A DNA stretch of 39,981 nt from Candidatus Hydrogenedentota bacterium (GCA_046583315.1 JAYGCN010000121.1:1-39981); one strand, 5' to 3'. Shown: positions 1-10,139, counted from the first letter of the stretch. Made by a program: numbers and translations. The notes: generated from the sequence alone by a model not told the origin.

Positions 1-670
1 TTTGGGTAAAATTTGGGTAATATTGATGTGAGTGCGAATTCGAGCCGCAGTGCTGGTACAAGTCGGTAATGAGCGCGGCAAATCCTATAAGGTCGTCATT
101 TATGCACAGGGAACACAGTTCGTGGTGCTGGAGGGTCTCCAAGGCGTTCAGATAGTTGGTCGATTCAGAGGACACACTCGCTTCGTCCACAACCGTCTTC
201 GCTGCAATCGTGTCACTCTCATTTTTAGGGCTCAGGGGACGGGCTACCTCCCCACGTGCGCCAAAAAGCATCACTCCGACCAGCTCTTCCTCCCCCACGT
301 CGCCCAGAATGGATCCGGCTGCACGCTGCGCACGCTCGAAGGTGTCGCCGACCGCCATTGAGTAGGAATTGTCCAGCAAGATCATATGGCGTACGGCATC
401 ACCCGAAAATTCCGATGCGACGGGTGCCGCCCAATAGGGGCGCGCAAAGGCCAGAGCCAGCAGTGCCAGCACCATCATGCGCATCAGCATTAACAAAATA
501 TGTTCGATTTTCTTACGTTCGATGACTTCTTTTTTTATGTCGGGGATAAACAGGAGGCTACTGAACTTCATCGGCTCGCGTTCGGGACGCCGTATCTGAT
601 GAATCAAATACGGAGCGACCAGCAGTCCCATGCCGACCATAAAGAGAGGTGCCAGTAGAGAAAGGCCCAT
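1..670 (-). CDS. BatA N-terminal double-TM domain + vWA domain protein (partial, runs off left edge)
   Basis: Not in the ORF track because it has no stop in the window. ATG at 670-668 overlaps the DUF58 stop (TAATG). Manual translation MGLSLLAPLFMVGMGLLVAPYLIHQIRRPEREPMKFSSLLFI...LLMLMRMMVLALLALAFARPY...ILLDNSYSM matches the BatA motif (P.LIH, F.SL.F, LAFARP) followed by a vWA MIDAS DxSxS. Confidence 0.88.
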   Translation of the reverse strand, partial: MGLSLLAPLFMVGMGLLVAPYLIHQIRRPEREPMKFSSLLFIPDIKKEVIERKKIEHILLMLMRMMVLALLALAFARPYWAAPVASEFSGDAVRHMILLDNSYSMAVGDTFERAQRAAGSILGDVGEEELVGVMLFGARGEVARPLSPKNESDTIAAKTVVDEASVSSESTNYLNALETLQHHELCSLCINDDLIGFAALITDLYQHCGSNSHSHQYYPNFTQ

Positions 671-1608
671 TATGCGACACCTCCCGCCGAATTACGTCGC
701 GTCGTGGCGGCCTGCGTCGCGGAGTGATTCCGATAGTTCAGATAAAACCGAAGCGCGCGGTCCAATGGTTCATCCGTCGTAAACTCGGTCAACTCGATCT
801 CCGCCTCGAGACATGCCCGGCGTAGGGCTTCAAAATGTTTCTCCCGATTCTCCAGGTATTGTTGGCGCACGGCATCTGGCACGGTGTACTGCTCATGACC
901 CGATTCCGCGTCGACGAAGGTCACTGTTTCATCAAAGGGAAAGGTCTGTTCTGCGGGGTCACTGATTTGCATCACGATCACGTCCTGCTGACGTGCGCGC
1001 AAGGACTTCAGGTGCAGAATCATTTCCTCTATCGGATGCAATAGATCGGAAATCAGAATCACAACACCGCGCGGCTTTAAGACATCGCCTAGATAATGAA
1101 GTGCCTTGGGCGTGTCGGTGTGTCCTTCCGCGCGAACGTTGTCGAGCTCCACCAGAATACGGCGCACGTGCGCATCGCTGGACATCGGCGGGATATATTG
1201 GAGCAAATCATGGTGATATGCGATCAATCCTGCCGCATCACGCTGCCGTCGCAACAGTACCGCCAACGATGCCGCCAACATCCGTGCATAGTCGAACTTT
1301 ACGAGTGCATGGCTCCCGTAGTCCATTGAACCACTACAGTCCAGCAAGATCGTCGCACGCAACGTGGTCTCTTCTTCGTATTGCTTCACATGCAAGCGAT
1401 CCGTGCGACCAAAAAGACGCCAATCCACCTTGCGCAGGTCGTCGCCTTGTGCGTATGCACGATATTGGGCAAATTCGATCGACGAACCCGAATGCGGACT
1501 ACGATGCAGTCCCGCCATCAGCCCGTCCACCACGGTACGCGCCAAGAGCTGCAGATCGGTGATCGCCGCGAGCTGCTCGGGTCTAATAAATTTTAATTCT
1601 TGTTCCAT
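670..1608 (-). CDS. DUF58 family protein (MoxR partner, vWA-like)
   Basis: Motifs GLHRSPHSGSSIEFAQYRAYAQGDDLRKVDW, VKQYEEET, LDCSGSM and VILISDL; lies directly downstream of moxR. Confidence 0.93.
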   Translation of the reverse strand: MEQELKFIRPEQLAAITDLQLLARTVVDGLMAGLHRSPHSGSSIEFAQYRAYAQGDDLRKVDWRLFGRTDRLHVKQYEEETTLRATILLDCSGSMDYGSHALVKFDYARMLAASLAVLLRRQRDAAGLIAYHHDLLQYIPPMSSDAHVRRILVELDNVRAEGHTDTPKALHYLGDVLKPRGVVILISDLLHPIEEMILHLKSLRARQQDVIVMQISDPAEQTFPFDETVTFVDAESGHEQYTVPDAVRQQYLENREKHFEALRRACLEAEIELTEFTTDEPLDRALRFYLNYRNHSATQAATTRRNSAGGVA

Positions 1609-1626
1609 TTAGTCGTAATCCAATCG

Positions 1627-2688
1627 TTATAAACCGGACTCTTCGGGTCTTACCGATTCCAGTAAACGGCCAATTACGTCTTCGACCGTCACGTGATCCG
1701 CTTCGGCGCGGAAATTGGTCAGGATACGGTGACGCAATACGGGACGCGCAATGGCCTGAATATCGCCTACGGACACATGGAAACGACCCTGTAGAATGGC
1801 GCGGGCTTTGGCACCCAGTACCAGATTTTGCGTCGCACGTGTACCGGCACCCCAGCTCACCCATTGCTTGATGTAGTCGGGCGCACCGGCGAAATCGGGG
1901 CGACTCGCCTGGCTCAATCGAACAGCATAACGCGCAACCGAATCGGAGATCGGCACCATGCGAACCAGTCGCGTAAAGTCGACCATGTCCTCGGCGGAAA
2001 ACGCGCTCTCGGGCTCGGCGTGCGCGTTTGATGTGGTACGAGTAGCCACTTCGAGTTCATCGTCTTCACTGAGATAATCGATCATGATATTAAACATGAA
2101 ACGATCCAACTGCGCCTCTGGAAGCGGGTAGGTGCCTTCCAATTCGATCGGGTTCTGGGTGGCCAACACGTAAAATGGTTTATCGAGCGCGCGCATTTCT
2201 CCGGCAACAGTCACCTGGCGTTCTTCCATCGCTTCCAACAGCGCGGCCTGCGTTTTCGGTGGGGTACGATTGATTTCGTCGGCAAGCAGAATATTCGTGA
2301 ACACGGGGCCTTCGATAAAACGAAGTTCCCTGTGGCCCGTCTGCGATTCATCGATAATTTCCGTTCCGGTAATATCCGACGGCATGAGATCCGGCGTGAA
2401 CTGAACGCGTTTGAATTTCAGATCGAGAATCTGGGCCAATGTGCGAATGAGCAAGGTCTTGGCGAGACCCGGCGCACCGGTGATCAGGCAGTGGTTCCCC
2501 GAAAATAGCACGATCAAAAGCTCTTCGACGACTTGCTGCTGGCCGACAATGACACGCCCGATCTCGTGCTGTAATTTTTCCCTACCGATCTTGAGGCGTT
2601 CCAGGGCTTCTTCTTCGAAAGCCTTGGATGGTTCTGAGGTCGTCTCATTTTCGACTACTGCGTCCGTTGAATCCGTATTTGATTCCAA
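1627..2688 (-). CDS. moxR: MoxR family AAA+ ATPase
   Basis: Walker A GAPGLAKT, RVQFTPDLMPSDITG, Walker B LLADEINRTPPKTQAALLEAM, ATQNPIELEGTYPLPEAQLDRF. TTG start preceded by AAGGA. Confidence 0.95.
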   Translation of the reverse strand: MESNTDSTDAVVENETTSEPSKAFEEEALERLKIGREKLQHEIGRVIVGQQQVVEELLIVLFSGNHCLITGAPGLAKTLLIRTLAQILDLKFKRVQFTPDLMPSDITGTEIIDESQTGHRELRFIEGPVFTNILLADEINRTPPKTQAALLEAMEERQVTVAGEMRALDKPFYVLATQNPIELEGTYPLPEAQLDRFMFNIMIDYLSEDDELEVATRTTSNAHAEPESAFSAEDMVDFTRLVRMVPISDSVARYAVRLSQASRPDFAGAPDYIKQWVSWGAGTRATQNLVLGAKARAILQGRFHVSVGDIQAIARPVLRHRILTNFRAEADHVTVEDVIGRLLESVRPEESGL

Positions 2689-2744
2689 GAGTCTATAAAT
2701 CCTTGTTGGTTAATCGCGCACCGATGCGCGTTACGTTCCAATCA

Positions 2745-3596
2745 TTAATGGGTCATGGCGTACACAACGATATTGATACCCATTGGGTACGCCTTTTTTG
2801 CTGATATCTCCTCAAAATAGCCGCGATGTTCGCCTTCACGTTCCCACCCGTCTCCGAGATCTGTGTTGTGGCAGATCACCATCATCAACCGACCGGTCGG
2901 GTCCTTTATGCCGCGATAATGCACCTCCTGCGAATCGTAGCGCTCACTCGTGTCGCCGCCGGTATTAACCCAATGCCACGGCGTTGGCACCTGAGGTTTT
3001 TCGTCCAGATCAAATACCATGTGGAAAATCGGGTGATCCAACTCAAGGTCGATGATGGGGAAAATTTCGGGATCAAAGACACGACTGATCTGTATCTCCC
3101 AGTTGGTCCACTCATCTTCTCCCCAAAAATCGTCGACCATCATGAAACCGCCACGCAACAGATAGTCCTGTAGACGGGTCACTTCTTCTTCGGTAAAGAT
3201 CAATTCCCCGGGCTCAATTAAATAGACAAAGGGGTAATCGAAAAGCGCATCGTCTGTGATTCGCACGACGACATGTTTGTAGACCCCGTTTCGGTCTTTC
3301 GCAACGTCCAACGTGGTCAGTTCAGACAATCGCCATGAGAAGTGACGATCCGACTCAGGATAATCAATTCCCCAGCGCCCTCCGGCATTGGTCTGGGGAT
3401 GTTCCCACTCAGAGGTATATCGAATGCGGCAGAAGGTGAACTCGTTGCCCGGAAAAATCGTGCGTTCGGAGATCTCCAATGCTTCCCAGGCACTGCGATC
3501 CCAATGCCGTTGCGCGAATACTTTCGATAACCCGGACACAGCCGTAGCGCCGACCGCGAAAACAAGCACCGCTATAATCCATTGTCTCTTAATCAA
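2745..3596 (-). CDS. DUF4159 domain protein with signal peptide
   Basis: Motifs FTFCRIRY, W..DYP.SD, YPFVY..EPG, YLLRGGF..VDDFWG, HNTDLGDGWE, MGINIVVYAMTH; hydrophobic N-terminus; typical neighbour of MoxR. Confidence 0.9.
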   Translation of the reverse strand: MIKRQWIIAVLVFAVGATAVSGLSKVFAQRHWDRSAWEALEISERTIFPGNEFTFCRIRYTSEWEHPQTNAGGRWGIDYPESDRHFSWRLSELTTLDVAKDRNGVYKHVVVRITDDALFDYPFVYLIEPGELIFTEEEVTRLQDYLLRGGFMMVDDFWGEDEWTNWEIQISRVFDPEIFPIIDLELDHPIFHMVFDLDEKPQVPTPWHWVNTGGDTSERYDSQEVHYRGIKDPTGRLMMVICHNTDLGDGWEREGEHRGYFEEISAKKAYPMGINIVVYAMTH

Positions 3597-3605
3597 GATA
3601 CACCA

Positions 3606-6266
3606 CTAATCCGTAGAATTGCTCGCAAGCGGTTCTACCTCCACATCGGAGGTCTCATCGTTTAGTTTCAACAAGAATTCTTGTGCCTTCCAATAATTCG
3701 GCACCGTTTCGAGCAACTCAAGCACTTCGCGTTTTGCGGCATCCAACTCATCCAGTTTCGCCAGCAGCACGGCTTTCTGATAGCGATAAATCACCCAGTT
3801 CGACGCGTCTACCGACAACAGCACATCCAGGCGTTTCAACGCACCTGCATAATCTTCTTTTGCAAGCAGACCGTCCATGTATGCGGACTGAAGACCCGGA
3901 CTATAGGGATCGATCCCGATACCCCAGTCGCCCAATTCTCCCAGACGCTCATCGTCACCGGTCTCCCGGTATAGTTGAACCAGCTCCAGCGTGGCCCCCA
4001 ATTCGCTCGGCGTCCAGGCGACGATACGTTCCAAGACATCGATGAAGCCTTCTTTGTCCTGCTGCTCTTTGTAGATTTCGGCCATCTGCCGAAGCGGCGC
4101 ATGCTCTCCATCATAATCGGGGTACAAGTCGTAGGCCTCCTCCAACGCTTCGAGTGCCCGATCGTAATCCTTTTCTTCGCGGGCCACGCCAGCCTTTTTC
4201 ATGGCGACGGCATGGCGAGAGTTTTCCGATTTCAATGTGGGCGATGAGGGGCCGATCGCATCCACATGCGGGTCGACAATCTCGAACTGTTTTTGCAAGA
4301 AGCCTTTCACGGTACCCGAATCCTCGTCTGGTTCCAGTAAGGTGTACAACGGCTCAAGTCGATCATCAAGATAGAGATGAAACGCTTCGTTCAACTCCTC
4401 CATCGATACGGAGGCTGCCACTATCAGCGCGTCATTCGTGGAAACTTTGTTACCAATGGCATCCAACGAATCAACCAGTGCATCGAAACCGTATTGCTCG
4501 ACATAGAAATTAACGAACTCGCCGGCCATGAAATATCCGAACATGAGATGTCCCGGCGAGGGTGCCTTGGTAAACAGATATTCCAACTCATGGACATCCG
4601 GTTGGCCTTCTTGAGCCAATATCGTCAAGTAATCTTCGTCGAGTCGATTGTGGAAGGCGGTCGAATAGGTGTTTTCCTCGTAAACGGAAATTCCCTCGGA
4701 CAGCCAGCGCGGCATTCGGTTGTTCGTTTTTTGCAAGGTAATCACGTGCACGAATTCATGCCATAGAACCGACCGCCAGTTGGAGGAACCCTTGGGCCGT
4801 ACCGAGGGCGCGTCCATCGTGATCAGCTTGCCAAAACAGATACCCATGTGCCCAACGCTGCCCGGCAATCCTACGGAACGAACCATGAAATCGTCGTGAT
4901 CGTCGAACATCTCAATGAGAACCGGTTTTTCGAGCTCAACTTCATACTTCGCCTCGTACAGTTCAATGGCTTCATCGAGCAAATCCAGCGCGAGATCGCC
5001 CATCACGGGTTGTTCGCTGATTGGGAGCTTCAATGTGAAATCGCCGCGCTGCACCGTCGCGAATCCCTCAAGCGTATCCATCAGTTCCAGCATATTGAAG
5101 GTCGCGACACTGTAGGGATACACCTCGAAAATGCGCTCCAGTTCCCGACGACCCTCCGCTTCCCGACCCAATCGCAGAAGATCCAGACTGTACGCTTCAC
5201 GAGCCTCTACGTTTCCCTCGTCAAAGGTAAGCGCCATCTCTTGGAACGCAAGTCCATCCTTGAAGCGATAATGGCGTGACGCGATGTCGCCCAAGGTCTG
5301 GTAGAGCTCCGAGCATACCGGATTGAATGCCAAGGCACGTTCGACAGTCGATTGCATGGCCTCGTCATCGTATTGCAGATAATGCGCCGCAGCTTTATAT
5401 CCCAGGAAGCGCGTGTCCACCGGATTGATCGCCAGCATTTTGTCAATCAGCGCGAGGGCTTCGTCCGTTTCACCCATATCGAGATGTTTGCGCACCATCA
5501 CGCTGTGGACGCGCGGATTATTTGGATTGAGCGACAGAATATGCTCGATGACCTCTCCCAACCGCGCGTCGCGGGATTTCCAGTAACTATCCATCAACCC
5601 TTCGAGCGCAGGCTGATAGCTCTCGTCTTTCTCGAGTGCTTCGAGGTAATGCTTCTCGGCGACATCATACCCACTGGCGCGGTATGCCAAGTCTCCCGCT
5701 CCGACATGCGCCGCCGCAGACAACATGTGTCGCCGCGCCTCAATGTACGGTGTATAGAGCTGGCTCATGATTGATTTCGGATTTTCACCGGTCAGTTCGA
5801 GCAGGTACCCCGTAGCCGCCAAATTTTCGCTGGCATTCGAATAGAATCGCCGTTGCGATTGAAACAGAGAATTGGCACGCGCCAGCCACGAGGAGTATTC
5901 GTCCATGTTGCCTCGATAGCGATTCATCAGGGCGGCTTCCATCATGTACCAGACTTGCGGACTGGATACGGCTACCGACTGAACGTCGGTGATGGCCTCG
6001 TCGACCCGTCCTACGGCAAAGCGCAATTTCGCGCGACGAAAAATCCATTTGTCATAGCGGCGCGGCTGTTCGTCGACGATTCGCTCAAGAGCGCTCAGGG
6101 CACGCTGATATTCCCCCTGATCCCACAACTCCTCGTAATCTTCATAGAATTCGTCGGCATCGCGGTCATCTGAAACCTGCGAATATGCCGCAATGCAACC
6201 CAATAGAAGAATCGCACAGAGCCCCCAAACACGCATAATCATATTTCCCCACTGAAAAATACGCAA
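3606..6266 (-). CDS. TPR-repeat protein with central peptidase MA-like zinc metalloprotease domain, exported
   Basis: Signal peptide; TPR-like helical repeats on both sides; zinc motif VLWHEFVHV followed by MPRWLSEG; GGAGG SD before the TTG start. Confidence 0.85.
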   Translation of the reverse strand: MRIFQWGNMIMRVWGLCAILLLGCIAAYSQVSDDRDADEFYEDYEELWDQGEYQRALSALERIVDEQPRRYDKWIFRRAKLRFAVGRVDEAITDVQSVAVSSPQVWYMMEAALMNRYRGNMDEYSSWLARANSLFQSQRRFYSNASENLAATGYLLELTGENPKSIMSQLYTPYIEARRHMLSAAAHVGAGDLAYRASGYDVAEKHYLEALEKDESYQPALEGLMDSYWKSRDARLGEVIEHILSLNPNNPRVHSVMVRKHLDMGETDEALALIDKMLAINPVDTRFLGYKAAAHYLQYDDEAMQSTVERALAFNPVCSELYQTLGDIASRHYRFKDGLAFQEMALTFDEGNVEAREAYSLDLLRLGREAEGRRELERIFEVYPYSVATFNMLELMDTLEGFATVQRGDFTLKLPISEQPVMGDLALDLLDEAIELYEAKYEVELEKPVLIEMFDDHDDFMVRSVGLPGSVGHMGICFGKLITMDAPSVRPKGSSNWRSVLWHEFVHVITLQKTNNRMPRWLSEGISVYEENTYSTAFHNRLDEDYLTILAQEGQPDVHELEYLFTKAPSPGHLMFGYFMAGEFVNFYVEQYGFDALVDSLDAIGNKVSTNDALIVAASVSMEELNEAFHLYLDDRLEPLYTLLEPDEDSGTVKGFLQKQFEIVDPHVDAIGPSSPTLKSENSRHAVAMKKAGVAREEKDYDRALEALEEAYDLYPDYDGEHAPLRQMAEIYKEQQDKEGFIDVLERIVAWTPSELGATLELVQLYRETGDDERLGELGDWGIGIDPYSPGLQSAYMDGLLAKEDYAGALKRLDVLLSVDASNWVIYRYQKAVLLAKLDELDAAKREVLELLETVPNYWKAQEFLLKLNDETSDVEVEPLASNSTD

Positions 6267-6548
6267 CTAAACCTCCAACCTTACCGCTGATTGTGAGACG
6301 TGACTACCCTTGGTACATACGCGCGCAGCCTACCAAGGTTTCCACTTCCCTATATTGTCATGTACGCTCCCCTCAGTCAATTTAATCCAACTTATGGAAG
6401 CGTCCATCCTAAATAACTCTGTGCAATGCTTGGAACTCACCGGTTACACTCATTTCGCTATACTTTTCGACAAGTTTGGCCTTGAGTGACTTAGAGATGT
6501 CATAAACGGCTATACTTCCTTGTGTTACAAGCTATTTAAGTACCAATA

Positions 6549-6578
6549 TTGACTTTTTGGGCCAAAAGCTGTGATACT
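6549..6578 (+). promoter_or_regulatory. Putative sigma70 promoter of the acyl-CoA dehydrogenase gene, with a palindrome in the spacer
   Basis: TTGACT (6549-6554), then 18 nt, then GATACT (6573-6578). The spacer contains the palindrome TTTTGG-G-CCAAAA. Confidence 0.45.
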
Positions 6579-6652
6579 TCCTGTAAATCAATATACTTCT
6601 TAACTGTCTAGTAAGATATCGTCTTTATATTGACCAACGTGAGGTTCCAACC

Positions 6653-8461
6653 ATGAGTAATACCCTAGTAAACCGTCGTGACCTGAGTTTCAATCTCTAT
6701 GAGGTACTCGACGCAGAAAAACTCTCCAAGTTCGCTTACTATGAAGACCACTCCAAAGAAACTTTCGACATGGCCATGAACACGGCCTACCAACTTGCAC
6801 AGGATCTCTTTTGGACCAACTATCAGGAAATGGACAAGGAAGAGTGTTATATCGACGATAATGGCCAGGCCGTTGTCCCGAAAGCCATGCAGGAAATCTG
6901 GGATACCCTGGCCGAAGGTGGCTGGTTCGCAGTCTCCAGCGACTATGACTTGGAAGGCCAGCAGTTCCCGAGTGTTGTACATTTGATGTGCAGCATGATG
7001 TTTGACGCGGGCAATACGGCCGCAACCATGTACCTCGGCCTAACCATGGGTGCCGCACACTTGCTTGAAGCGTTTGCCTCCAAAGAACTGGTGGACAAAT
7101 ACGTGCGCCCGATGTTCACCGGAGAATATGGCGGCACGATGTGCCTGACGGAGCCGCAGGCGGGAACGTCGCTCTCCGACATCACGACGTCGGCGACCAA
7201 AGTCGAAGGTGAAGACTATTACATCATTCGCGGTACGAAACGTTTTATCTCTTCGGGCGATCATGATCTTGCCAAAAACATTATTCATCCGGTGCTCGCG
7301 AAGATCGAAGGCGCTCCTTCGGGTGTAAAGGGCATCAGCCTTTTCCTGGTCCCCAAGTACCGCGTGAATGAAGATGGCTCCATTGGAGACAGCAACGATG
7401 TCACTACGGCGAGCCTTGAACATAAACTCGGCATCAAAGGTCAGGCGACCGCAGAATTAATCTTTGGCGATAAAAGTGAATGTCGCGGATTTCTTGTGGG
7501 CAACGAAAACAAAGGCCTGCCTTACATGTTCCAGATGATGAACGGCGCACGTATCCACACGGGCCTGCAATCGGTCGCGATGGCATCGGCCGCGTATTTC
7601 TGCGCGCTGCAATACACCAAGGAGCGCGAACAGGGCCGCAGTGTCACGGAGAAAAGCCCGGACGCGCCGCAGATCCCCATCATTCAGCACGCGGAGATTC
7701 GTCGTATGCTGCTTAAACAGAAGGCCTATATTGAAGGCACGACAGCGTTGCTCACGTATTGCGCACACCTGCAGGACATCATGCGCGGCACGCAGGATAA
7801 GGATGAAGATCGTTTCAATGCGGCGAGCGGCATCCTCGAGCTGCTCACACCGGTCTGCAAAGCCTACAGCTCGGATGTCTCGGTTGAGTCGGTCTCCATT
7901 GCCATGCAGTGCTTTGGTGGTTCCGGCTATATCGAAGAGTTCCCGCTTGCGCAAATCTACCGCGACGTGCGCATCTGTCCTATCTATGAAGGCACGAATC
8001 AGGTGCAGGCGATGGACTTGCTTGGACGTAAAGTCGCCGCGAAAAACGGTATGTACTTCCAGGCATTTATGATGGAAATCGGTAAGACTCTCGCGGAGAC
8101 GGCTGATATTGAAGAGATCAAAGATCTCTCCGAAAAAGTGAACAAGGCCATGGAAACCGTCGTGGATGTGACCATGCATCTTGGCGGTATCGGCATGAGC
8201 GGCGAAGTGGATCGCTACATCAGCCACGCGTCCCCCTACCTGACCGCGTTCAGCCAGTTGGTCGTCGCGTGGCGCTTTCTCATTCAGGCGAACATCGCGA
8301 ACCGTGAAATCAACGCGGGCTCGGATGATGTCTTCTACATCAGCAAACTGGAAACGGCGCGCTATTACATCCGCGCAATCCTGCCGTCTACACACACCAT
8401 CTGCGCGGGTATCAAAGAAGAAGCCGACACCGCCCTAAACTTCCAGGAAGAATGGTTCTAA
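6653..8461 (+). CDS. Acyl-CoA dehydrogenase (long, about 600 aa, FadE5/DmdC-like class)
   Basis: Motifs GTMCLTEPQAGTSL, GTKRFISSGDHD, KGISLFLVPK, EHKLGIKG, MFQMMNGARI, QCFGGSGY, PIYEGTNQVQAMDLLGRK; GAGG SD. Confidence 0.95.
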   Translation: MSNTLVNRRDLSFNLYEVLDAEKLSKFAYYEDHSKETFDMAMNTAYQLAQDLFWTNYQEMDKEECYIDDNGQAVVPKAMQEIWDTLAEGGWFAVSSDYDLEGQQFPSVVHLMCSMMFDAGNTAATMYLGLTMGAAHLLEAFASKELVDKYVRPMFTGEYGGTMCLTEPQAGTSLSDITTSATKVEGEDYYIIRGTKRFISSGDHDLAKNIIHPVLAKIEGAPSGVKGISLFLVPKYRVNEDGSIGDSNDVTTASLEHKLGIKGQATAELIFGDKSECRGFLVGNENKGLPYMFQMMNGARIHTGLQSVAMASAAYFCALQYTKEREQGRSVTEKSPDAPQIPIIQHAEIRRMLLKQKAYIEGTTALLTYCAHLQDIMRGTQDKDEDRFNAASGILELLTPVCKAYSSDVSVESVSIAMQCFGGSGYIEEFPLAQIYRDVRICPIYEGTNQVQAMDLLGRKVAAKNGMYFQAFMMEIGKTLAETADIEEIKDLSEKVNKAMETVVDVTMHLGGIGMSGEVDRYISHASPYLTAFSQLVVAWRFLIQANIANREINAGSDDVFYISKLETARYYIRAILPSTHTICAGIKEEADTALNFQEEWF

Positions 8462-8481
8462 TTACACCGCCCAAATAACTC

Positions 8482-8526
8482 AAACGCGCTGTTGCACATG
8501 AAATGTTCAACAGCGCGTTTTGTTTT
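8482..8526 (+). terminator. Intrinsic terminator after the acyl-CoA dehydrogenase gene
   Basis: Stem AAACGCGCTGTTG...CAACAGCGCGTTT followed by TGTTTT, 20 nt after the stop codon. Confidence 0.75.
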
Positions 8527-8539
8527 CGGGCGAACTGCT

Positions 8540-8598
8540 GTTCTTTCTTCTTGGGAAAGAAGAAAGAACCAAAGAAGAACCGATTGATACTTCGTATC
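8540..8598 (+). repeat. Dispersed two-hairpin repeat, copy A
   Basis: GTTCTTTCTTCTT-GGGA-AAGAAGAAAGAAC, then CAAAGAAGAACC, then GATAC-TTC-GTATC. Same architecture as the copies at 16640-16708 and 23737-23809. Confidence 0.75.
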
Positions 8599-8711
8599 CC
8601 CGGATGGCATTGCACAAATCGACTTGTAGTTTTCGGTTTCTTAAAAGTAAATTGATATCCGTTCCCAATCGCGCCTAAACTACTCTCATTAGAAACCCCA
8701 AGGAGATCCAC

Positions 8712-9326
8712 GTGCGCCTCTACCTCATTCGTCATGGCGAAACGACATACAATGCTATCCAGCGCATGCAGGGCTGGGATGAAATCCCCTTGAACGACAA
8801 TGGTATCGCGCAGGCGTCGCGTCTCGGCCAACGTCTCATCGATTTCCCTATTGATCAGATTTACTCAAGCGATCTGCGCCGTACCGTGATGACCTCTGCG
8901 GTCATCGCGGCGCACACGGGCGTGCCCATCACCTACAAATCGCTGTTCCGCGAGCGCAATCCGGGCGATCTCACGGGTCAGGATTATGAGACCTGCATGG
9001 AGTTCTTCACCGATGAAACTTTCGATCCGCCGAACGGGGAGAGTGTCATGGTGTTCGCTGATCGTGTCCGGGAATCCTTCGATTGGCTTGTGGAGAAAGA
9101 AGGCTATACCGATCGCCATATCGCGGTCGTCACGCATGGCATGGTCTGCACCGGATTTGTGCGCATCTGCCTCGGTTTTGACCCCCTCGAAGACGAAACT
9201 TTTCATTGGCCCAATACCGCGCTCACCATCGCGGATTACAAGGATGGGCAGTGGAGCCATGAGTTGCTGGCTTGTGGTGCTCATCTGGATGGTGATGTGG
9301 CGACGGGGCATGCTACCGGAGCTTGA
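8712..9326 (+). CDS. Histidine phosphatase (phosphoglycerate mutase/CobC-like) family protein
   Basis: Motifs LYLIRHGET..N, QG..EIPLN..G, YSSDL.R, LFRERNPG, PNGES, VVTHG; AGGAG SD before the GTG start. Confidence 0.93.
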   Translation: MRLYLIRHGETTYNAIQRMQGWDEIPLNDNGIAQASRLGQRLIDFPIDQIYSSDLRRTVMTSAVIAAHTGVPITYKSLFRERNPGDLTGQDYETCMEFFTDETFDPPNGESVMVFADRVRESFDWLVEKEGYTDRHIAVVTHGMVCTGFVRICLGFDPLEDETFHWPNTALTIADYKDGQWSHELLACGAHLDGDVATGHATGA

Positions 9327-9396
9327 ACTGCTTAGTACTGACCACAGATGAACCCGGTCGCATCCAGCGAAGCCGTACTTCGTTCGACTTTGTTTT

Positions 9397-9855
9397 CTAC
9401 GCGCCGAACTGCCGCAGGTGGTAATCGCTGTGCACGCCGTGAACGCGTCGCCATTTCATGAGCGAAATGCGCCCCAACATCGGCTCGAGCACGATTCGCT
9501 CGGGATCACTTTCCGAACGTTTCACAAACCGACGCATGGCTTCAATCAATAGGGAGCGCTCGGCTTTGAAGTCGGCGGCGGTGTCATCCAGAAACTGCGG
9601 CGATGCCTTGATTTTTCCTTTCGGCCAATTCGTCCAGAGACGAAACAACAGAATCCACAGAATGGGCATCAGCCAGGCCCGACTCTCGTCTATCGTTTCA
9701 CGCTCTTCGATAGAGATTTCAAAGCCAATACGCAGGTGGGCGAACATCTGTGCCACCGACATCGTACCCCACTGCCGCTGATTGGTCGATGTGATCCCCT
9801 TCACACGGAGTTCAAACTCCGCTAAGGTGGAGGAGTCGAGATTGATTCTTGCCAC
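9397..9855 (-). CDS. DUF1569 (DinB-like fold) protein
   Basis: Motifs QWGTMSVAQMFAHL and W.RVHGVHSDYHLRQFG. Start revised to GTG 9855, which has an AGGGAG SD; the track's 9924 start has no SD. Confidence 0.82.
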   Translation of the reverse strand: MARINLDSSTLAEFELRVKGITSTNQRQWGTMSVAQMFAHLRIGFEISIEERETIDESRAWLMPILWILLFRLWTNWPKGKIKASPQFLDDTAADFKAERSLLIEAMRRFVKRSESDPERIVLEPMLGRISLMKWRRVHGVHSDYHLRQFGA

Positions 9856-10139
9856 AGCGCGCTCCCTTCTCTGGCTACTCTCCAGCGTCAAACTGACCTT
9901 AGCATTATCTACCTTACCATGCAACGATATGCCCTACAGGTGTCCAGTTGCCTATCCGTCCAGCGTTTGTCTACAGCTAATTCAAGCGTTTTAGGGGTCG
10001 ATTCTTTTGGTTATTCTGGTATTGCGTTCGGGTTTAGACAATGCTACACTGAAATTCTGTGTTTGGTTTATGAACGACTGCGGGCCGTCTTTTGGCCCCG
10101 GTTTTAGGTTGTAGTTGAACGTATAAGGAGAACGTGATC

